Positions 8,461-13,777 of a DNA stretch of 13,777 nt are shown one piece after another (within the stretch, counting starts at the first letter, position 1; each line of letters begins with the position of its first letter). Position numbers and translations under genes: made by a program. This DNA is from a candidate division WOR-3 bacterium (GTDB taxonomy: Bacteria > Hydrothermota > Hydrothermia > LBFQ01). The stretch covers positions 1 to 13,777 of the forward strand of contig JALUCS010000065.1 of the NCBI GenBank assembly GCA_027050205.1, written 5' to 3'. The notes under the pieces were generated by a model that was not told the DNA's origin, did no database searches, and saw only the letters and a list, made by a program, of their open reading frames with translations.

Positions 8461-8567
8461 AGGGATATGCGGGCTTTTACTTCCCGTACAATACTTACCG
8501 GGGTTATGTACGATGACAAGTTTGGCAGTAGAGGTACTTGCAACTCCCAGAAAACAAGGAGGTAGGT
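8449..8567 (+). repeat. Repeated structured intergenic element, copy 1
   Basis: Highly similar to 9366..9484 (offset 917). 15-bp stem 8449-8463/8474-8488 with 3 G-U pairs, small hairpin 8525-8541, SD AAGGAGGT. Confidence 0.85.
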
Positions 8568-9377
8568 ATGCTTGTTGCTTTACTCTTTAACCTCGGTTAT
8601 CCGGACTACGTAGTGAAGTATGACGAAAAAAGCGGTATCATACGGATTGATTGTGCAGCCCTGTGGCGTATAAACAGAGAAGATACCCTCTTCAAAAAGT
8701 ACTGCGATCGTCCGGGCGCAGATAGCATATACGCCCACGCCAGAAGGCATGTTATAATGACCCGGACCAGAAAACCACCGATGAGAAAGGCAACTATCCC
8801 CGAACCTCCCCCCGACGTGGAGTGGTACCGGTATCCGTTAGATGGAGAACTGCCCTTTGAGTTCAAGGTCATCTCTACGAAGTACATACCGGACACGCCT
8901 ACGACCTACAAGCAGATGTACGGGGACGGGGACGTGTTCGTCGTAAAGAACCCTAACGATACGAGCGTACGGGTGCATATAGTGTGGATGCGGATAGGTG
9001 AGCTTGACTCTCTGGTTAGGGAGTACTGGTACGGGGACGTAGAGGAGATTTTCTTCTTCGTAAAATTCCATCCGCCTCTTGAAATTCCTCCGAAGGACGC
9101 GAGGGGTGAAATAGAGCGAGGATTGATAAGGTTATTCTTTCTGATGCCCGACCTCCCCCTCCTTGATACCTTACCGCCGGAAGTCCGAGATTACTCGGAT
9201 GTCAGGATACTGTTTTCACAGTTCTGTAAGGATACATTATCCTGCGAGTTAAAGATAGGCCGATACAGCAAGGGAGGGCATATAGACAAGATCAGAAAAC
9301 CCACGGCAGCCGTCGACTTCTTCCTCGCCCCGGATGACAGCGTCGTGGTATACGTTTCGCCCATATACGGGAGGTAG
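8568..9377 (+). CDS. Hypothetical exported protein, tandem paralogue 2
   Basis: ATG 8568 chosen over TTG 8538 because AAGGAGGT lies just upstream; 269 aa with the same conserved blocks. Confidence 0.8.
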   Translation: MLVALLFNLGYPDYVVKYDEKSGIIRIDCAALWRINREDTLFKKYCDRPGADSIYAHARRHVIMTRTRKPPMRKATIPEPPPDVEWYRYPLDGELPFEFKVISTKYIPDTPTTYKQMYGDGDVFVVKNPNDTSVRVHIVWMRIGELDSLVREYWYGDVEEIFFFVKFHPPLEIPPKDARGEIERGLIRLFFLMPDLPLLDTLPPEVRDYSDVRILFSQFCKDTLSCELKIGRYSKGGHIDKIRKPTAAVDFFLAPDDSVVVYVSPIYGR

Positions 9378-9484
9378 AGGGATATGGGGGCTTTTGCTTC
9401 CCGTATAATACTTACCGGGGTTATGTGCGATGGTTGGTTTGGCAGTAGAAGTACTTGCGGCTCATAGAAAACAAGGAGGTAGGT
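9366..9484 (+). repeat. Repeated structured intergenic element, copy 2
   Basis: Stem 9366-9380/9391-9405 retained (one U-A becomes U-G), hairpin 9442-9458, SD AAGGAGGT. Confidence 0.85.
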
Positions 9485-10297
9485 ATGTTTGTTGCCTTAC
9501 TCCTTGACCTCGGTTATCCGGATCATATAGTGAAGTACTACGAAAATTCGGGGATGTGGATTAACTGCAGTGCTTTGTGGCGTATGAACAGGGAAGATAC
9601 CCTTTTCAAGAAGTACTGCGACGAGAGCGACACCGTTGGAGCAAGTAGCGTGTTCGTACCAACGAGACCGAGATCAAACGTTCCTCCTCCTCCCAAGCCC
9701 CCTCCCGGTGTGGAATGGTACCAGTATCCGGATTTTCAGGCAAGGAGGGAAATACCCTTTGAGTTCAAGGTCATCTCTACGAAGTACATACCGGATACGC
9801 CTACGACCTACAAACGGATGTACGGGGACGGGGACGTGTTCGTCATAAAGAACCTTAATGACACGAGCGTGTACGTATCGCTGGTATGGATGCGGGTTGA
9901 CGAACTTGAGCCTCTAATAAGAGAGTACTGGTACGGGGACGTAAAGGAGATCTTCTTCTCGGTAAAGATACAGCCGCCCCTGAAGTTCCCGGAGGATAAG
10001 AGGAGAAGGGTAGAGATGGATAGCGCCCTCATAAGGTTGGTCTTCTACCTTCCGGATCTTCCGCGCATAGACTCGCTCCTTAGCATGGGCGATCAGGTAT
10101 GGATTGACTTTCAAACCCCCCTCAGGATGATACGATTGTTCCGATGCATGGACAGTTCCGGCTGTGCTATGAGGGTGACACATGACGTCAGAACGGGTCA
10201 TATAGATGGAGTGATGAAACCCACGGCGTCCGTTGGGTTCCTCCTCGCCCCCCATGACAGCGTTGTGGTATACGTTTCGCCTATATACGGGAGGTAG
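9485..10297 (+). CDS. Hypothetical exported protein, tandem paralogue 3
   Basis: ATG 9485 with SD AAGGAGGT; 270 aa; same conserved blocks and the N-terminal C..LWR.NREDTLFKKYCD segment of paralogue 2. Confidence 0.8.
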   Translation: MFVALLLDLGYPDHIVKYYENSGMWINCSALWRMNREDTLFKKYCDESDTVGASSVFVPTRPRSNVPPPPKPPPGVEWYQYPDFQARREIPFEFKVISTKYIPDTPTTYKRMYGDGDVFVIKNLNDTSVYVSLVWMRVDELEPLIREYWYGDVKEIFFSVKIQPPLKFPEDKRRRVEMDSALIRLVFYLPDLPRIDSLLSMGDQVWIDFQTPLRMIRLFRCMDSSGCAMRVTHDVRTGHIDGVMKPTASVGFLLAPHDSVVVYVSPIYGR

Positions 10298-10300
10298 GGA

Positions 10301-11479
10301 ATGAAAAGGTTTCTTCTGCTTTTACCCCTAATGTTTTTCTCCTGCGGCAGGGTGCATCCTCATGACGGGGACATCCTGTGGAGCATAACGTTGAGGGGGC
10401 CAATACGGGGCGTACCCGCCTACCACGACGGCGTCATATACGTGGGCAGCGACTGGAACCGTCTCTTTGCGATTGAGGAGGATGGGTATCCCATACTGTG
10501 GCAGAGGGTACACGGAGACTTTACGGGGGCGCCCGTGGTATGGGAGGACGGCACCGTAACCGCTACCGACTGGTGGGGCAATATGTACACCTACGACCTC
10601 AAAGGCAATCTCGTATGGGGAAAAACGGAGGGAGCCTGGAACGAGTACCCGGCCCTATACGGAGGAAAGATCATCGCCATACACGAGGTTGACACGGCAA
10701 TCACGACTCTGGAGTGGATAAACAGGGATGGAAGCGTGGAGAGGGTGGATACCTTTCCGTCGGGAACCGGAGCTTTGGGTAAAGCCAACGTAATCGTTAG
10801 ATCCGATGGTACGGTCGTAGTATCATCCGCACTTTATGACGTCATTTTCAAAATCTACGAGAACGGGAACATAGTAAAGTACAACATCCCCGGACTCGTG
10901 GGCCATGCATCTACAGACGGCGAAGCCATCTACGCCGTAACGGCCGGAAGTATGGGAACGCTCCTTGAGAAAATAGGGCCGGAAGGCTGGGACTTCGTAA
11001 AGATAACGGATAATACGTCCCGAAGGGACTTCAGAGCCGCCCAGCCGATAATAGACAGCCGCGGTAGGATCATAGTACTTACGGACGAAGGCCTTTACGT
11101 TTTCACGAGGGGACTCTACCCCCTGTGGTCATACCCCCTATCCTCCTGCAGGAAGTTCAGCAGTTGCGGTGTTATGATGCCCGCCCCCGTAGTCGGTACC
11201 TCCGGCAACATATACTTCGCCTGTGGTTCCAACCTTATGGCCGTTTCCGAGGATGGACGCCTCCTGTGGTACAGAGACTTTTCAGAGGATACCGTAAAGG
11301 TGATTGAAGACATCTCTCCCGACATCAGCGGTCTCCTCCTCACGGACAACCGCCTGATAGTCACCTCCTGCAACGGCAAAATATACTCCCTGTACGTTAA
11401 GGACTCCCCGGACGACGGCCCCTGGCCGATGTTCCAGCACGACCCAAGGAGGACCGGAGCCGTAGGCACGTCGTACTAA
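10301..11479 (+). CDS. PQQ-like (BamB-type repeat) beta-propeller lipoprotein
   Basis: Canonical lipoprotein signal MKRFLLLLPLMFFS-C. Repeats IYVGS...LFAI..DG..LW, MYTYDLKGNLVW, IYFAC..LMAVSEDGRLLW. Terminal WPMFQHDPRRTG. SD GGAGGT inside the upstream stop region. Confidence 0.85.
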   Translation: MKRFLLLLPLMFFSCGRVHPHDGDILWSITLRGPIRGVPAYHDGVIYVGSDWNRLFAIEEDGYPILWQRVHGDFTGAPVVWEDGTVTATDWWGNMYTYDLKGNLVWGKTEGAWNEYPALYGGKIIAIHEVDTAITTLEWINRDGSVERVDTFPSGTGALGKANVIVRSDGTVVVSSALYDVIFKIYENGNIVKYNIPGLVGHASTDGEAIYAVTAGSMGTLLEKIGPEGWDFVKITDNTSRRDFRAAQPIIDSRGRIIVLTDEGLYVFTRGLYPLWSYPLSSCRKFSSCGVMMPAPVVGTSGNIYFACGSNLMAVSEDGRLLWYRDFSEDTVKVIEDISPDISGLLLTDNRLIVTSCNGKIYSLYVKDSPDDGPWPMFQHDPRRTGAVGTSY

Positions 11480-11512
11480 GTAGGTTAGTTTCTGAACCGC
11501 ACCTCTCGGAAT

Positions 11513-11518
11513 TACAAT
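11513..11518 (+). promoter_or_regulatory. Putative -10 (TACAAT), 8 nt before ATG 11527
   Basis: 5/6 match followed by pyrimidine-only TCCCTTCT then ATG; no SD. Confidence 0.45.
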
Positions 11519-11526
11519 TCCCTTCT

Positions 11527-12573
11527 ATGCTGGTCGCCATCATAAGTATACCGGCGTTTGCGAGGATGTACCACGTGTCCTGTAAGCTGTGCCACGTGGC
11601 CTTCCCCAAGCTGAACACCTTCGGCGAGAACTTCGCTGACAACGGCTATCTCTTCCCCGGAAAACAGAGGGAGGTGTATAAGGACCTGAACGACGACCGG
11701 ACCCGCACCTTCAAGGAGCTACCCCTCGCCGTACGGTTCATGCACTACGTGGAGGCCTACGGAGACAGGGACGGCGGTAAGTTGGACTTCAAGTCCCCCT
11801 GGATAACCAAGTTCCTCCTCGGAGGTGCCTTGAACGAGCGTATAAACTTCTACTCCTACGTGATATTTGAGAAGGGGGAGTTCCCCTTCTTTGAGGACGC
11901 CTGGGTAGACCTTCACGGATTCTTCGGCCTCCCCCTCTCCCTGACCATCGGGCAGTTTCAGATCAGCGACCTGATGTTCCTACGGGAGACCCGTCTGACC
12001 CGCTCGGACTACTACATCTACAAGGTTGGGCCTTACAAACTGACCTACCACCGGGGTATCATACTCGGTACGCCCTTCGCCGACCTCGGCGTGGTCAATG
12101 GCAACGGCATCGGTGAGGCCTCAAACGGTTTCTACGACGACAACCCCGAAAAGTGGTACTTCACCCATATACCCGTACCCTTTGACCTCGGCCTCTTCGC
12201 CCTCTTCGGTGAAGACAGAGACACGGCGAATGGCTACGTACGGATATACCGCTTCGGTCTGGACTGGAGGGGTAGGTTCGGGGACTTCTACCCCTTCCTG
12301 CAGGTTCTGGGTGGGTTTGACAACGATACGAGCGCCCTCTTCTACGGTGGATTCTTCGGGCTGGACTACGCCTTCGGGGACAACACCCTCTCCCTGCTCC
12401 TCAACTACATAGACGCCCCGCCCTCCTCAACTTACTACTCCTCCCGCCTGCTCACCGTCGCCCTCCGCTTCAACCATTACATCTTAAACAACCTGAAGGT
12501 GTTCGTAGAGGACGAGACCCGCATCTACGGTAAGAGTACCTCCCTGACCCTCGGCGTGGACTTCGCCTTCTGA
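11527..12573 (+). CDS. Cyc2-like fused monoheme cytochrome c / outer-membrane beta-barrel porin
   Basis: IPAFARMY-HVS-CKLCH-VAF-PKLN-TFG...NGY matches the Cyc2 N-terminal signature (PxFAR, CxxCH, PxL). Remainder has amphipathic beta strands and ends LGVDFAF with a terminal Phe beta-signal. Confidence 0.8.
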   Translation: MLVAIISIPAFARMYHVSCKLCHVAFPKLNTFGENFADNGYLFPGKQREVYKDLNDDRTRTFKELPLAVRFMHYVEAYGDRDGGKLDFKSPWITKFLLGGALNERINFYSYVIFEKGEFPFFEDAWVDLHGFFGLPLSLTIGQFQISDLMFLRETRLTRSDYYIYKVGPYKLTYHRGIILGTPFADLGVVNGNGIGEASNGFYDDNPEKWYFTHIPVPFDLGLFALFGEDRDTANGYVRIYRFGLDWRGRFGDFYPFLQVLGGFDNDTSALFYGGFFGLDYAFGDNTLSLLLNYIDAPPSSTYYSSRLLTVALRFNHYILNNLKVFVEDETRIYGKSTSLTLGVDFAF

Positions 12574-13299
12574 TCACTTCACCAGTTTGGCTGGGTCTAT
12601 GGGCTTACCGTCCTTATAGACCTCGTAATGCACATGGGGACCCGTCGTCATTCCCGTTTCGCCGGCAAACCCCACCATATCCGCCGTCCTGACGCTGTCT
12701 CCCACCTTAACCGTCGTACTGTCCAGGTGGGCATAGACGGTCTCGTATCCCCTGGCGTGCCTTATGCGAACGTACTTCCCCAACCTCGCATCCTTACCCA
12801 CCTCTACCACCTTCCCCTTGGCCGTAGCGAAGACCGGGGTTCCCTTAGGGACGGCGAGGTCCACCCCGATGTGGTAGTCCCCGTGCATCCCCCTGATTAT
12901 GGGGGCGGAGACGGGGTAGGCGCAGGGGGTATCGCACTCCTGAACGAATATCGGCAACGGCACTATGGTACCCGTGTTCTCCCCAGCCGGGAGGGTGTCT
13001 CCGGGGAGGCCTTCCAAGAGGGCGGCGTCTATCTTACGGAGTCGCTCCTCCAATAGAGCGTACTTGCGGTGGAGTTCCCTCAAATCCCTCTCGGCCGACA
13101 GTAGGCTGTAGTACCTCTTTAGGACCCTACCGCGGAAGAGCAAGGCTCCCACTACCAAGAGGGTTGAGAGGAAGCCGACAAAGGCGAAGAACGAAAACAG
13201 CCCAAATCCTACCTTGAACAGAGTCAAAGAACGGCCGGTGAGGGCATACTTCCGTACCCTCCCGGCCTTGGTGATAATTACCTCTAACCTGTCCTTCAG
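12574..13299 (-). CDS. Membrane-anchored M23 family metallopeptidase (peptidoglycan endopeptidase); probable CTG start at 13299, alternative TTG at 13227
   Basis: HIGVDL (HxxxD), YETVYAHL, TGMTTGPHVHYEV (HxH). N-terminal TM helix followed by a short coiled coil. Frame stays open 24 codons upstream of the TTG to a CTG overlapping the upstream TGA. Confidence 0.9.
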   Translation of the reverse strand: MKDRLEVIITKAGRVRKYALTGRSLTLFKVGFGLFSFFAFVGFLSTLLVVGALLFRGRVLKRYYSLLSAERDLRELHRKYALLEERLRKIDAALLEGLPGDTLPAGENTGTIVPLPIFVQECDTPCAYPVSAPIIRGMHGDYHIGVDLAVPKGTPVFATAKGKVVEVGKDARLGKYVRIRHARGYETVYAHLDSTTVKVGDSVRTADMVGFAGETGMTTGPHVHYEVYKDGKPIDPAKLVK

Positions 13300-13775
13300 C
13301 CCTTAACCACCTTCTCTATAGCCTCGGCTATCTCACGCGGGCGGAACATCTGCCCGACGTACTTGTTGATGAGGTGGAGCTTTTCGTGTTCGTCCGTGTA
13401 CCTCTTCAGGTAGTTGTAGAGCTGGCCGAGGGCGTTCAACTCCACCACGAAGACGTACCTGTGGCGGCAGATGAAGTCTCTGACCTCGTCCTCGTGGAGG
13501 GGCATAAGGGTGCGGAGCCGCATGTAGTGGGCGGGTATCCCCTTCTCCTTGAGCTGCTCCATCGCCTCAAGGATGGGTCCCATCGTGGCACCGAACCCGA
13601 TTATTCCGACCTCGGCGTCCTCGTCCCCGTAATACACCGGCTTTGGCAGGTCTCCCCTCTCAAGGGCCGTCCTGTACTTGCGGAGGCGCTTATCCACCAT
13701 CTTCTTGCGAATTACGACGTCCTCCGTCGTGTAGCCCGTCTCGTCATGCTCGTTGGAGTTGGCGTTGAAGAGGGT
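13296..13775 (-). CDS. 2-oxoacid:ferredoxin (acceptor) oxidoreductase alpha subunit, C-terminal part (5'-truncated by window edge)
   Basis: Frame open from the edge: NEHDETGYTTED...RKKMVDKRLRK, YGDEDAEVGIIGFGAT, LRTLMPL, VFVVELNALGQL, INKYVGQMFRPREI. Confidence 0.9.
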   Translation of the reverse strand, partial: TLFNANSNEHDETGYTTEDVVIRKKMVDKRLRKYRTALERGDLPKPVYYGDEDAEVGIIGFGATMGPILEAMEQLKEKGIPAHYMRLRTLMPLHEDEVRDFICRHRYVFVVELNALGQLYNYLKRYTDEHEKLHLINKYVGQMFRPREIAEAIEKVVKG

Positions 13776-13777
13776 GC

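Noticed and set aside
8467..8565. Small ORF in the repeated spacer (32 aa; 27 aa from 9384 in copy 2)
   Set aside because: Inter-copy changes are mostly non-synonymous, copy 2 stops earlier, and its SD is buried in the stem; not supportable as a CDS.
8538..8567. TTG starts at 8538 and 9455 for paralogues 2 and 3
   Set aside because: No SD before them, while AAGGAGGT precedes ATG 8568 and 9485.
8449..9484. Integron attC sites or CRISPR repeats between the paralogues
   Set aside because: No RYYYAAC/GTTRRRY box pair, no integrase, only two copies 917 bp apart, and G-U pairing favours an RNA hairpin.
7807..10297. Diversity-generating retroelement explanation for the variable paralogues
   Set aside because: No reverse transcriptase in the window, no near-identical template repeat, and differences include indels and are not adenine-restricted.
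10301..11479. Calling the lipoprotein bamB or a PQQ dehydrogenase
   Set aside because: Generic PQQ-like repeats only; no bam/der gene context and too short for a quinoprotein dehydrogenase.
5777..12573. Genomic island integrated at tRNA-Gly
   Set aside because: No integrase or duplicated tRNA 3' end seen, and the tRNA 3' side leads straight into mnmA.
12568..12579. Terminator between the Cyc2-like and M23 genes
   Set aside because: The two stop codons abut (TGA/TCA) with no intergenic sequence or hairpin-U tract.

Overview
Bacterial chromosomal window of roughly mid-50s % GC. Heavy AGG/ATA codon use suggests a thermophile; T9SS-like C-terminal domains suggest an FCB-associated lineage such as WOR-3/Hydrothermae (inference only). 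Housekeeping content: mnmA directly downstream of tRNA-Gly(GCC), the 3' end of a 2-oxoacid:ferredoxin oxidoreductase alpha subunit, and an M23 peptidase. The rest encodes exported proteins: four with short T9SS-like C-terminal sorting domains (one is an M6-like metalloprotease lying between two genes with near-identical 3' ends), a tandem array of three mosaic paralogues with conserved/hypervariable blocks and repeated hairpin-forming spacers, a PQQ-like beta-propeller lipoprotein, and a compact Cyc2-like monoheme cytochrome-porin fusion. Cross-gene patterns: ultra-short uncharged N-terminal export-like signals, -10 boxes 8-9 nt before ATG (near-leaderless mRNAs), and strong enrichment of the D-[ST]-[AILVMT] O-glycosylation sequon only in exported proteins. 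No integrase, transposase, reverse transcriptase or CRISPR array is visible.
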